A DNA stretch of 64,000 nucleotides, taken from the NCBI GenBank assembly GCA_951406725.2, contig OX597820.1, positions 16,678,001-16,742,000 of the forward strand, read 5' to 3'. Each line of letters opens with the position of its first letter. The first letter of the stretch is position 1. Source of the stretch: Octopus vulgaris (lineage: Eukaryota). Shown here one piece after another: positions 25,139 through 38,313 of the stretch. The position numbers were made by a program, and so were the translations under genes. The notes beneath the pieces are model-generated. The model was not told the DNA's origin. It was given only the letters and a program-made list of their open reading frames with translations, and ran no database searches.

Positions 25139-25436
25139 AAAAATAGGATAAAATCATTACAAGAATTTATGAAGTAGTCAGCGTGAAAAACCTTATATGG
25201 CAAGAAATTCATAATTATTCCCTTTAAATATATTTATCTATATTAAGGGAATTACTACTCGTAAATGCCTCACGCTATGAGGGACACTTAAAGTCAGAAC
25301 TACCATTCATTCCTTATTTATTTTCTCTTATTCCTTTCTGCTGAAGAGCGTAGGCTCGAAACGTAAAAGACTTTTTCCTTTTCTCGAGCGTCGAACTAAT
25401 ACATCTGTCTTCGTCTTTTGTTTTTCTATAAATTTC

Positions 25437-25485
<49 letters not shown>

Positions 25486-25962
25486 TGAATTTGTGTTGCA
25501 AGATTCCTGATGTGAAACCGTGTGTGGAAAAAGATATTGTATTTCAGGATGGTTATTTTTGGGTGCATATATATATATATAAGTATATATATTAATGTAT
25601 GCATACACACACAACAAGCTTCCACACAATTTCCGTCTGTCAAATTCACTTACAAGGTATTTTTAGCCCCGGGTCTATAGTAGAAGACACCTGCTCAACG
25701 AGTCGTGCCTTGGGACTGAAATTTTGCAGCGTCAGCCAAATAATACCACCTCACATATATTTCAGCCACAACGTGCAGTCGCTTATTCAAATACACTCGC
25801 ACAATCACAAAGACACACACAAAAACAGTCACAGCAAGACACACATACACACAGGCGTACTTATCCAGAGACATACGCATTCAGTAACTATTTGGGGGCT
25901 AGAGAACATGCCTATTTTGGGGACTATAGAACATCTTGGACTGGATGTCAATAATTCTGAAA

Positions 25963-26064
<102 letters not shown>

Positions 26065-26147
26065 CGAAATATTATTTTCAAATTGGCCCCATAAAATGTA
26101 ATTTTCTATAATAATTTGTTGAGATAAAATATTACATCATCTATCGA

Positions 26148-26226
<79 letters not shown>

Positions 26227-26342
26227 GAGGGCATTATTATACATAGATGCCACACGCTAAAAGGGACAAAAAGTCATTTCTACCAAAAATTTTACTAATC
26301 CCACCGAATGCAATCTTTCAAAGCAAGACATTTAAAAAACAT

Positions 26343-26391
26343 AGACTTGTATCACCTGTGATTTCGTACTTACGTACTCTTCAGCAAGCCT
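26343..26391 (-). ncRNA. Type I hammerhead ribozyme (copy 1)
   Basis: Minus strand AGGCTTG-CTGAAGA-GTAC-GTAA-GTAC-GAAA-TCACAGGTGA-TA-CAAGTCT: 7-bp stem I, 4-bp stem II, AUA site. Confidence 0.8.
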
Positions 26392-26799
26392 GAACGTATC
26401 ATAAATAAACGACCCTGTCTCGTCGAAGCCAAGCAGCTAACTGTTCAACGTCAACGAAGCACATGGGGGAGTTTACATATATTACATCCGGTAAATGGCA
26501 GGCTTCTTCGAATTGCATTTCGGGTAGGAAAAGTTTTTTCGGAATAAAATTATTTAGCAATTAAGGACAACTTCTTAATAAGGAATCTTAATAAGAAATT
26601 ATCAGGTAGATAGCGTGAAAAACCTCATAAGAGAAAAATTTCGAAAATAATTTTTTCTTATTGAACATATTAATTTATATATAGAGGGCATTATTATACA
26701 TAGATGCCACACGCTAAAAGGGACAAAAAGTCATTTCTACCAAAAATTTTACTAATCCCACCGAATGCAATCTTTCAAAGCAAGACATTTAAAAAACAT

Positions 26800-26848
26800 A
26801 GACTTGTATCACCTGTGATTTCGTACTTACGTACTCTTCAGCAAGCCT
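26800..26848 (-). ncRNA. Type I hammerhead ribozyme (copy 2, identical to copy 1)
   Basis: Same sequence 457 nt away. Confidence 0.8.
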
Positions 26849-26934
26849 GAACGTAAACGACCCTGTCTTCGTTGACGTTGAACAGTTAGCTGCTTGGCTT
26901 CGACGAGACAGGGTCGTTTATTTATGATACGTTC

Positions 26935-26983
26935 AGGCTTGCTGAAGAGTACGTAAGTACGAATTCACAGGTGATACAAGTCT
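26935..26983 (+). ncRNA. Hammerhead copy 3 on the opposite strand, core mutated (GAAA>GAAT)
   Basis: AGGCTTG-CTGAAGA-GTACGTAAGTAC-GAAT-TCACAGGTGA-TA-CAAGTCT. Confidence 0.6.
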
Positions 26984-27470
26984 ATGATTTTTAAATGTCT
27001 TGCTTTGAAAGATTGCATTCGGTGGGATTAGTAAAATTTTTGGTAGAAATGACTTTTTGTCCCTTTTAGCGTGTGGCATCTATGTATAATAATGCCCTCT
27101 ATATATAAATTAATATGTTCAATAAGAAAAAATTATTTTCGAAATTTTTCTCTTATGAGGTTTTTCACGCTATCTACCTGATAATTTCTTATTAAGATTC
27201 CTTATTAAGAAGTTGTCCTTAATTGCAATATATATATATATGTATGTATATATGTAGTATATATGACACCATGATAGATCGTTAGCCTACACACATTTTT
27301 TCTCTCCTTGATTCTCTCCTTGTTTTTTCTGTGTCCCTTTCTGTAGAAGAGCGTACGCTCGAAACGTAAAAGACCTTTTCTATTCCTGAGCGTTATACTA
27401 ATACATCTGTTTGTTTTGTACACCACCTGTCTTCATCTTTTGTTTTTTTCGTAAACTCTCCCTATATGTA

Positions 27471-27533
<63 letters not shown>

Positions 27534-27534
<1 letters not shown>

Positions 27535-28367
27535 TAGCTGACGTACCCAGGAAAGCGGGGCTTATTCCTTGGTTCCGTTCTAATAATTGTTTCGCTAATC
27601 CAATAACAACAATACAAAGTATGTAGCACTTAAAACAGTTTTTGTGCGTTTACACAGAATACCGAACTGTCTTACACAGGATCTTGTTTTTAGGAATTTC
27701 CAATAAGTTATGAATACTCAAATTGTGAAGTCAGTTATGTAATAACATGAAATTACTTACCCGATAGTAAGAATTGAAATAAGTAGCTCCAAAAAGGGCT
27801 TTAATGCGTTCCCAGAGTATATAGAACATAGGAGGAAATACTAATAAGGTATGTATACTAAAATCGTGAAGCATGTTATGTAATAACAGGATAATCAGAT
27901 ATGAAATAATAACAATCCAAAGTAAATAACTCTGGAAAGGGCTTTTGTGCGTTCCCAGAGAATATTACCCTCAGGGGCGCTAGTGTTGGTATATTCGTGA
28001 ATAAGTCACTAACCGAAATAAGTGGATATATTGTTTAGTAAAATACAATTTACTTGTTTAAGGGCTGTAATGGATAAATTGTAAAAATAACTCTAACAGT
28101 TCAAATACTAAGAAATAAGCACACTCAATTCCATTTTCATAAAATAATTTAGGAAAATAAATAAGTTATTTCCCTTGGTTATATATAACGATCCCTTCCA
28201 GGAAGCCCATTATCGATTTTTTTTAATAATCTGAGTATGCCACGAGGTTTCCTGACATGAGTTCTACCCACGTGTCAAGTTTCATCAAAATCGATAAAAC
28301 GATGTAGGAGTTAGCTAACAACTCGAACAAACACACCCAAAGACAGAATTTCCCACATATGCAATAT
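27534..28367 (-). mobile_element. Helitron-like non-autonomous element with an internal ~141-bp diverged duplication
   Basis: Minus-strand 3' end CCCGCTTTCCTGGG...GCTAG; 5' region with ATGAAACTTGACAC shared with 61048-61454; GGGCTTT..TGCGTTCCCAGAG twice. Confidence 0.6.
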
Positions 28368-28421
28368 ACATACATACATACATATATAAATACATATACA
28401 TACATATATAAATACATATAA

Positions 28422-28470
<49 letters not shown>

Positions 28471-28503
28471 CAAACATATATACACATATATGTATATATA
28501 TAT

Positions 28504-28562
<59 letters not shown>

Positions 28563-28717
28563 CATATGTATATATGTTTGTGTGTGTATATATATATATG
28601 CGTATATATGTATATATATATAACTATATAAATATGTATATATATATATTTAAAATATATATATATGTATATATATGTATATATATGTATATATATATAT
28701 GTGTATATATATATATT

Positions 28718-28749
<32 letters not shown>

Positions 28750-29247
28750 CATACATATAAACATAACAGAAAAATATATTATGTATATATATATATATAT
28801 AAGTAAGTATATATATATGCACATACATACAAGCGTAACAGAAAACATATATATTATGTATACAATAATTCATAATTAACGTAAATTTAATTTGTTCTTT
28901 ATATATATATTTCTTGCTAATATAGATGTTTCTTCTTTTTGCTTTACGGTTTTATTAGATATAGACAATTTGTTATTATTAACTCGTAATTACGATGTAT
29001 CATTTGGAAATTATTTTCATTACCTTCCTTAATTATTGGTCCACAAATTATTCTGCTCTAGCTTTCTTTGATAAGAGATATTAGGCCTTTCCGTTTTATT
29101 TATTTGTTTTTGGAGTGTTTTCCTCAATAACAAAACCGTGTTTCCCGATAATTACTATTTTATGTTTTTTTTAAAAGTATTTTAAAATTCTGATGTAGCT
29201 GTGGTGTGCGTACGTATTGTATCTATATATATATGTGTGTGAATATT

Positions 29248-29567
29248 GGCCTCGGGCCGACCAAAGCCTTGTGAGTGGATTTGGTAGACGGAAACTGAAA
29301 GAAGCCTGTCGTATATATGTATATATATATAAATATATATGTGTGTGTATATGTTTGTATGTCTATGTTTGTCCCCCTAACATTGCTTGATAACTGATGC
29401 TGGTGTGTTTACGTCCCCGTCACTTAGCGGTTCGGCAAAAAGAGAACGATAGAATAAATACTGGGCTTACAAAGAATTAGTCTCGGGGTCGATTTGCTTG
29501 ACTAAAGGCGGTGCTCCAGCATGGCCGCAGTCAAATGACTGAAACAAGTAAAAGAGTAAAGAGAGAG
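29248..29567 (+). mobile_element. SINE family A, 5'-truncated
   Basis: Matches the family sequence. Confidence 0.85.
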
Positions 29568-29756
29568 TATATATATTACTCAAGAAATTCCAACTTTGAT
29601 TTTTACATTTTATCTACAATGTTTAACAATTTACAACTATTGTAAATTGTAAAAAATAACTGTTATCACTACTATATGAACCTAAAAATTGCATAGTTCA
29701 ATGCATGAAAGCCTTGTCAGTGGATTTGGTAGATGGAAACTGAAAGAAGCCCGTCG

Positions 29757-29801
<45 letters not shown>

Positions 29802-29822
29802 AATTTTGTATATTTGCATGTT

Positions 29823-29879
<57 letters not shown>

Positions 29880-30125
29880 AAAAAGAAGAAAAGGCTTTGA
29901 GAATTTGATCATGGACAAAAGAAAGAAAACATTTACACGTTTCGTGAAATATGCTACCGGTTTCAGAAATAGTTAAAACCGTTTGATCATGCTCGAAAAT
30001 TGAAATGAATTAAATTGAATTAATCTTTCATCATTTCTGAAAGTTGACGTTTCCTGACAAAATTCATATCTACGTATTTATGTGTAAACCTAAGCTGTAA
30101 ACATACAAATATATTAATTTTATCC

Positions 30126-30175
30126 CACATCCTTAATCGATTTTCGTTTCTTGTTGCAGTCTCATCAGAGGTGTA
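30126..30175 (-). ncRNA. Type I hammerhead-like motif with weak stem II
   Basis: Minus strand TACACCT-CTGATGA-G...C-GAAA-ATCGAT-TA-AGG(A)TGTG; palindromic stem III AATCGATT, UUA site. Confidence 0.5.
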
Positions 30176-30559
30176 CACATAAATCTGAGAGAAACAAGTA
30201 GCCATTCTAATTACATACTCAACAATTCCAGTAATTACTGGTCTTATTAATTTGCATACCATAGTGTTCCACACTTTACTTAATACCAAAAGCTAGCCAA
30301 TGGGACTCTCAGTCCACGCAGTATCAAGGTATGATGTGATATATGTAAAAGTACATAGCAGACATTGAAACATATCAATTTTGCCCATTTTTCTGTAGAT
30401 TTAAGACATGATGAATATTCTTGATCGGTTTTCGACTCTGACGAGGGGAGATTTTGTTCGTATTTTTAGTAGAAACTTAAAATCAGCGTCGAATCTGGAA
30501 TCGTGTGAGAGTAAAGCGGAAATTTCGTTTTTTACTTAAAAGGTGTCGGAATCAACTGG

Positions 30560-30867
30560 CGCTCCCTCGGTTCCTGTTGATCCGATCGGCGGAACAGCCT
30601 GCTTGTAAAATTAACGTGCAAGTGGCTGAGTACTACACAGACACGCGTACCCTTACCGTAGTTCTCAAGGAGAGTCAGGATGACACATGATGTGACAGAG
30701 CTGGTCCTCTGAAATAGTTGGCACTACTCATTATTGCCAGATGAGTGGACTGGAGCAAAATGAAATAAAGCTTCTTGCTCAAGGATACAATGCACCGCCG
30801 GGGACTGAAATCACGACCTTACGTTGGTGAGCAGAATAAGCTTAACCACTAAGCCACGCGCCTTCAC
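30560..30867 (-). mobile_element. SINE family C, diverged
   Basis: AACCACTAAGCCACGCGCC head (reverse complement); 3' part matches the 57500-57630 region. Confidence 0.7.
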
Positions 30868-31430
30868 TATGCAGACAAATGACCGAGTTTGATTGAATAT
30901 TTGAGAGCTTCTAATCCGTCTTGAATTAAATTGTCCATAATCGAGGAAGTGACTGAATATCTTAAACAGCTTTTGCATCTTTACCAAGGAAGTTTCAACA
31001 ATAAGACATCCGCTGACTAGAAATTATTGAGTAGTTTCCTATATTTTGATAAACGCTGAAATCGATTCGTCGCAACCCAAACAAAAACTTGCAGCTAAGG
31101 AGAAGTATATTGTTTTTTACTTGTTCATAGCATTACTTGTGAAACTACTTACACAAGGTGTATACACAAGAATATACACTCACACACTCATCACATGTCT
31201 ATTTGAGTATCGCATTATAAGCAATGTTTGTTGCTTTTGAGATGGAGTCGTATAGCAACACATATCGGAATTTTCTCTCTAATCCCGATATGGGATGGAC
31301 TAGATTTGATGCAATGATTTGTAAATTATATCGATTAGTTATCGAACCATTTGTATTTTCTACACAACCCTCGTTTATGCTTACAGACTTACCGACTATG
31401 TCCACCACGATCACTTAACAAATCTTTCTA

Positions 31431-31653
31431 CAGTAATACCTCGACTATCGCGGGTGTTACGTTCCAAAAACAGCCGCGATAGGTGAAAATCCGCGAAGGA
31501 GAAATAGTACTGTACTGTATGTTTTTTATTATTATTTTTATAATTTGTATATATTCATTTTATTATAAATGCAAAGCAACACCACGGAGGAATCGACGTA
31601 AACTTATATAATAAACCGCGATTGGTGAACCGCGATATAGCGAGAGATTACTG
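31431..31653. mobile_element. pogo/Tigger-type MITE
   Basis: TA|CAGTAATACCTCGACTATCGCGG ... CCGCGATATAGCGAGAGATTACTG|TA. Confidence 0.8.
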
Positions 31654-31662
31654 TAGATAGAG

Positions 31663-31694
<32 letters not shown>

Positions 31695-32014
31695 TGATTG
31701 ATAGACGAAATACCGCTAAGCATTCTCGCCCGGCGTGCTAACGTTTCTGCCAGCTTGCCGCCTTCAGAGAAGTAAATAAGAATATTTAATTGATGACTAC
31801 GAAAGAAATCATATGAAAGAAAGAAATAGACGAAATAGAAGAATACGATGAATGAAAGGAAGAGAGAAAGAAAGAAAGAAGAACGTAAATGAAGATGAAG
31901 GCGGCCGAAAAGTGTGACTGACAAACGTGACAGGATGAAAAAAAAGAACTCAAGCAAAATTGCAAACACACACACACACACACACACAGAGAGACATACA
32001 CAGATAGACAGACC

Positions 32015-32105
<91 letters not shown>

Positions 32106-32680
32106 AAAAACAAGCAACGTAAATGTAAAAAGAGCTGAAAAGAAATGGACAATAGAGAATGTGGTTAATATGGGGACACACAGACACATACAGACCTTCA
32201 CATATACATTTAAGCATTACACACACACACACACACATATATATATATTCATATACACAGAGTGTGGGAGAGAGAGAGAGAGAGGGGGGAGAGGGAGAGG
32301 GAGAGAGGGAGACAAAGAATAGACTGAGACAAGGAATAGAAGACTTACGTCTGTGTCCGCACGAGGTGTTATTGAAAAAACGAAACGAAACTGACCACCA
32401 GGAAAAACATGATGGAAACTGAATGAGAATTTATCGGCTTCCCAAATAATTAATAGTTAGAGTTGCTAGATTTATTGCACTTAGGCCAATATTAATCTAA
32501 AAGATTTTCTATGTAAGAGAAGGGCATACAAGTAACAGAGAGAGAAGAAAAAATATAATGGCAGAAAAGCTGAAAGCGAGAAAAAAGATAGAGAAGACGA
32601 AACGAAAAAGCAAAAAGGAAAATGATGTATCATATATAGCGCAATATAATATAAATGTATATGTTTATGTATATATATAT

Positions 32681-32791
<111 letters not shown>

Positions 32792-32800
32792 GTATGTATG

Positions 32801-33056
32801 TATAATAATGGATGCTGATAAACAACACCAATATGCTAGAGATAGGCGCCAAATCGCACTAAAGCCACATCTTGTACTCCGTTAGCACAGATTGAAAACG
32901 AGAGAAGGAATAAAGAAGTTCTTTTTTAAAAGGGCTCGTTATAGATCGATTTCAAGCTTGGGGATATCAAATCTTCCTGCCGTCTTCAGTATAATATGCC
33001 TCACAGTACATAAATGCAAATATTTATACATATCCATACGAATATTATATATCCAC

Positions 33057-33101
<45 letters not shown>

Positions 33102-33334
33102 CATGTATTCACAAGTAAATACTAGTTTAAATCTAATTTATTCACCTCAACCACGTGTATTTAGGATCAAAATAATACCGCAGTGAATATAATTTGATCA
33201 GAGTAAGTTATATATATTTATACATAATTTTTCTCGCCTTCAACCTGTGCTAACGGAGTACAAGATGTGGTTTTAGCGCGCTTTGGCGTCCATCTCTAGG
33301 ATGTTGGTGTTGTTTACCAACACCCATTATTATA
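32801..33334. repeat. Diverged inverted repeat (arms ~32801-32903 / ~33232-33334) enclosing a hammerhead motif and (TA)n
   Basis: CCACATCTTGTACTCCGTTAGCACAG is the reverse complement of CTGTGCTAACGGAGTACAAGATGTGG. Confidence 0.85.
32939..32994 (-). ncRNA. Type I hammerhead-like motif
   Basis: Minus strand TTATA-CTGAAGA-CGGC...GCTT-GAAA-TCGA-TC-TATAA: 5-bp stem I, palindromic stem III ATCGAT, AUC site; base of stem II imperfect. Confidence 0.55.
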
Positions 33335-33439
33335 ATTTTATCTTTATAATTATATATTGGTATTAATTGTTACCTATATGGTCTTTATTTCACGCTGGCC
33401 ACTTGTTTAGTGCTTTTTCTTTGTTCCAACTTTTTGTGA

Positions 33440-34255
33440 TCTTAGTTTTACAATGCGCTTTTTACGTGTCCAATTTTTCCACAACAGAAACATTTCGCTT
33501 TCTTAAATGGGCAGTTTTTTTCTCAGGTGTAGACAACCACTTGCAAAACGGGTTTATTTCCTAATTTTTGTCCTGTTTGTACCGTATTTTAGTACACACC
33601 CGATTTCTATTCTGCCTGTTTCGCACTTGTTTCACTTGGGAGCAATCTTCGAGTTCAATTTTCTCTGTGTCGTGTCTAAAATTTACTATTCTTTCACACT
33701 CTTCTGATACTTGTTGTCAGGTTAGAGCTTGGTTTTGTTCCAGATTAGCGAGAATTCTTGTTCTTACTTCTGCGTCATTTTCTGCAGTTAGTCCCTGAGT
33801 AAATATCAGGCACTTCAAACACCTGGAGTTAATTCGTTCAGCTTGAACTTTTCACATTCTCTGTTAACTCTACCAGCATATGTGAAATAGTCCCCCTCGT
33901 TGTTCGTTTCTAAGTTCAAACATTTTCAGCCTATATTGAACAACGAGCTTTTGTCGCTAAACATTTCACCCAAAATGTCTATTGTATCTTTGGAAGGTTT
34001 TTTCGGGAGTACGTAATTGCTGTAACGCTCATGTTCTCCTGCTGCCAATTTCTTAAGGTAACACGTGTTTTCATATCGTCGTCCCAATCTTCGCACTCTT
34101 TATTGAAGACCTGTTCGTACCTCTAAATTATGCCTAGAAGATAACTCCTTCGTCTGGTTCATACTTAAACCCTGTTATTAAGTTTCCAATATAACCTGGC
34201 GAGATCATCTTCTCAGCATTTTCTGACGAATCACTATTCATTAATTGCAGCATTT
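33440..34255 (-). pseudogene. Gypsy (Mag-like) LTR retrotransposon gag remnant
   Basis: Minus-strand fragments EHERYSNYVLPKKP, YAGRVNRECEKFKLNEL, KCLIFTQGL, EVRTRIL and CFCCGKIGH knuckle; multiple stops and frameshifts. Confidence 0.7.
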
Positions 34256-34294
34256 GTTGCTGTAATAGTAATTGCAGTTGTTGTTTGTTCCTTC

Positions 34295-34584
34295 TCAAGC
34301 CATACCTGGCTCATAAGGGCCGGTCTCTCGGTTTCCTTGGCGTATAGGTTCCCCACCTGGATGGGACGCTGGTCCGTCACAGGTGAGCTGCAAGATGCAG
34401 GAGGAAAGAGTGAGAGAAAGTTGTAGTGAAAGAGTCAGCAGAAGTTCGCCATTACCTTCTGCCGGAGCCGCGTGGACCTCAGGTGTTTCGCTCATAAACA
34501 CACACATCGCCTGGTGTGAGATTCGAATCCGTGATCTTTCGACCACGAGTCCGCTGCTCTAACCACTAGGCCATGTGCCTCCAC
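34295..34584 (-). mobile_element. SINE family C variant
   Basis: Reverse complement of a TGGAGGCACATGGCCTAGTGGTTAG head and GGTTCGAAT-like B box. Confidence 0.8.
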
Positions 34585-35257
34585 ATTGGCAAACAAAATT
34601 AAGTTTTACAAGAAGCATCAGAACATTTCCACATGTTCTGGTTTCACGCAACACATCTAGACGACAAATTGTGAAAGTTGTAAAGATAATTTATGGACAC
34701 CCAGTATATCGAGCCAAAAAAAAAAAAAGAAAAGAAAAAATCGCCCACATACTTTCTCGCCCTGCTTGAAATAGTCGCCCCAATCTGAATATCATAGCCA
34801 CCCTCTTAAAGTTGGACGATCAATATGAATACATAACACTTCTAAATAAAGACTGAATGGCCACGGATGAAATATTTCGGATCGTAGTTCTGTTAGGCCA
34901 GGACTGAATTGCCGAACTAAACGATAACAAAATACGTACGTATTTTAATTGCTTTCATTTAGCGTAGGGTAGATCCTGTTAGGAAAAGTTATGCGGTGTT
35001 TGGTAACGAAATATCTGTAGTTACGGCTCATTAATTCTCAAAATACCTATTATGTACAGATTTACAAACGGAAACGGTTAAATGGTAACTAAAGATAATA
35101 AAACAAATATAGCTTCGAGTAGATAAGCAATCGTTGGAAAATTGCGACGCGCATTTTGTCTTCATTGGTGTGAAACAACAATAGAGAAGCAGTGGGTTAT
35201 GTTGTACTAACGAAGCAGATATTGTGTACTTGCGTGTTTTGGGATGTTTGCTTACGT

Positions 35258-35668
35258 GGGATCTTTTCGGTTTGAACGGCAGTTTTTTCTAGCGGTGTCA
35301 TATGAATTTGTCACCCATAATTATGATCCTAGTATCAATCTATTGCATTTCAATCTGTTTTAGGGTTAGGGTTAGGGGTGGGGGAAGGGTATCTTTTTTT
35401 CTTCAGAAATGTAAATAAACCCAATCTGTTTCTTAAACGAGTCATACGGCACAGAATGTTTTTTTACCTCAATAGAAGTAATTGATTGGTTGAAATTGCA
35501 GAAATTGAAGAAAAAAACCCCAAATATCTTACAAACTATAGAATTTTCTCGATAAAGCCAAGAGAAAAAGATGTTTTATAAACACATTCTATCAGTATAC
35601 GAAGTTTAACAATTTTTTAGTTACCTAGAAATTATGTAAAAAACTGCCGTTCAAACCGAAAAGATCCC
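35258..35668. mobile_element. Non-autonomous DNA transposon with ~30-bp perfect TIRs and a 6-bp TSD-like flank
   Basis: GGGATCTTTTCGGTTTGAACGGCAGTTTTTT / AAAAAACTGCCGTTCAAACCGAAAAGATCCC; flanks TTACGT/TTATGT; internal (TTAGGG)3. Confidence 0.85.
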
Positions 35669-35837
35669 TTATGTGTTTTTTTTTTACAACAGTTAAATCG
35701 TATACTGGACTCTCACGTCGCTTCGACGAATGAGGAACAAGATACACAGCTAACATCACCAATGTGATGGTGTTGCTGCTGGTGTCGTCTTGGTGCTGAA
35801 CTTCCTGGGCAAGGTTTGTACAGAACCAGTCACATTT

Positions 35838-36068
35838 AGGCGGCGAGCAGGCAAAATCTTTAGCGCGCCGGGAGAAATACCTTGCCGTATTTCGTCTGCC
35901 GCTAAGTTCTGAGTTCAAATTCCACCGAGGTCGACTTCGCCTTTCATCCTTTCGGGGTCGATAAATTAAGTACCAGTTACGCACTGGGGTCGATATAATC
36001 GACTTAATCCGTTTGTCTGTCCTTGTTTGTCCCCTCTATGTTTATCCTCTTGTGGGCAATAAAGAAAT
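35838..36068 (+). mobile_element. SINE family B
   Basis: Family core motif. Confidence 0.85.
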
Positions 36069-36509
36069 GAGAACCTGTCCCATTATCTCTTCCTTTAAAT
36101 CTGTATTGGTCTAGCGCAACAAGCGCCACTAGCCCAGTAGTTATCAAGAGGCAGAATTATTAGGAGTTATCCTCTCTTAGATGTGCAGCTTAGGAGCTGA
36201 AGGGCATCAGCTATCTTGAGTCCTTTTGCGAGCTAGTGAGTGATTTTCTTCTTGAGATAGTTCCGTGATATGTTAATTAACCCTGACAGGTGCTACAAAT
36301 CCAGGTGAGAGTAGATCTGAGAACAACAATGTTTAAGAAGTAGTTCCATGCTCTTCAAAAACCTGGAACTCCCGAACGAAGGTCCCACTACTGGATGTAG
36401 TTTAAAGTCATCCCCAGGAGAAGCTAAATTATAAACACTTTATCCTGTTTTATCTTTCAATGGAATTCTTTTATGTTTTATCTTTCAACAAAATTATTAC
36501 TTTAATAAA

Positions 36510-36721
36510 CCTTTCTATTATAGGCGCAAGGCCTGAAATTTGTTGGAAGGGAACTAGTCGATTACATCGACTCCAGTGCGTAACTGGTACTTAATTTATC
36601 GACCCCGAAAAGATGAAAGGCAAAGTCGACCTCGGCGGAATTTGCACTCAGAACGTAACGGCAGACGAAATACCGCTAAGCATTTCGCCCGGCACGCTAA
36701 CATTTCTGCCAGCTCGCCACC
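36510..36721 (-). mobile_element. SINE family B
   Basis: Family core motif, reverse complement. Confidence 0.85.
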
Positions 36722-38081
36722 TTGCTTCTGTCACTAATACCGGTGACAGAAGCAAGTGTAAAAGAATACACATATGCAGATGTATAATATTATATAATAG
36801 CAATAATTGCACATAAATGCACATGTATGCTCATATGTGCAGATATAAATAATAACATATTTATAGTTGCACAAATGCGTGCATCTAAGTATAAAAGAGA
36901 AAAGTGGACTAGTTATAACGAAAATGTCACAATCCGCCTAATTCTTTGAGAGTTAAGAGTTGTGAAGCGAGGTTGTTCTCAGATGAGGCAATTTTTAATA
37001 TCAGTATAAACAATTTCTTTGAACATACGATTCGTTATACATTAGGCTTAAAATTATAAATATAATTGCATTTACTGGAAATACGCATATTTCTGAAAGC
37101 CATAAACTATAAAATATACTACGGAATATGATTTAATGCCGATATTGACATCAGCAATTGCTGACGTTAGCCGATAATTCATGTTCGTATTGGAGGAATT
37201 TTATTTTGAATTCTCTTACTTATAATTATACAATCAGATTTTTATTATCTTATTCATCAGCTGAGGATTTCAGCAGTGTTTTCTGTAAATTTATTCGGTT
37301 ATTAATCAATATTATGTCTCTAAGTTAAAATGGTTTTGTCATTCATCTCGGATTTTACGTACGATTCTGTATTTTACGATATTTTTCTCTTCTAATATTT
37401 TCCAGCGATAGATTATTTTCTATTATGTATTGTCGCAATTATACAATATTAGCCAGAGACATAAGGCATAAATGCATGGCCAATATAATATTTGGTCGAA
37501 CCATCATAATAAACTATAATCTATTATATTTAGTCTAAGTATCAATCAAGATATCGAGGTAGAGGACAGGGACGTGGAAACGTTAGCCATTGTAAATAAC
37601 ATTTCATTTGTCCAAATAAATCCTCCTAAACAGAATCTAAATATATATCAGCTTCAGACATATTGATGGAAAGAAAAGTTTGCTGGAGTTATTTAGCGTG
37701 TAGTAATAGCTGCTATTAGTCTCATAAAATACATTTTTGAAATCGAAATTAATAGCGGAATATTAAAATAAAATGCAATAAAACCGAGAATAGTAATGTA
37801 TCCCATATGACATAGCATGACTATTGCGACTATAAACAATTACTGACAATTAAATTGTTGTCCTCGGTTAAAATATTCATCCTTTGTAGTGGAAGCATAA
37901 CTGTAACATGTCAGTGTTTATGACAAATGTCTAAATGTCAGTCTTAAAGTAAAGTGTAACATAATGTACCTGAGGTGGTGCTTCTCGAATTCTTGTTGAG
38001 TGTCGAAGAAGTTCGAACAGTTGAGCTGTTATTTCTTCCTCAATAATCAAACCAACACCAGACTCTTCTCGCTTATATTCT

Positions 38082-38313
38082 TATTTCTTTATTGCCCACA
38101 AGGGGCTAAACACAGAGAGGACAAACAAGGACAGACAAACGGATTAAATCGATTATATCGGCCCCAGTGCGTAACTGGTACTTATTTTATCGACCTCGAA
38201 AGGATGAAAGGCAAAGTCGACCTCGGCGGAATTTGAACTCAGAACGTAACGGCAGATGAAATACGGCTACGCATTTCGCCCGGCATGCTAACGTTTCTGC
38301 CAGCTCGCCGCCT
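38082..38313 (-). mobile_element. SINE family B
   Basis: Family core motif, reverse complement. Confidence 0.85.

Larger units (their letters stand above)
26217..27226. mobile_element. Hammerhead-bearing non-coding repeat: 457-bp tandem unit plus inverted copy (retrozyme/PLE pLTR-like)
   Basis: 26217-26420 recurs at 26674-26867; 26867-27226 is a reverse complement of the unit; flanked by (TA)n. Confidence 0.85.

Noticed and set aside
30436-30496. CTGACGAG...GAAAC...GTC hammerhead-like spacing (similar weak cases near 13035-13065, 14250-14315, 29930-29970, 44340-44385)
   Set aside because: Stems I/II do not pair convincingly or the core is broken; not callable by eye
35360-35385. Telomere or telomere fusion site
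   Set aside because: Only three TTAGGG units, internal to a TIR-bounded element
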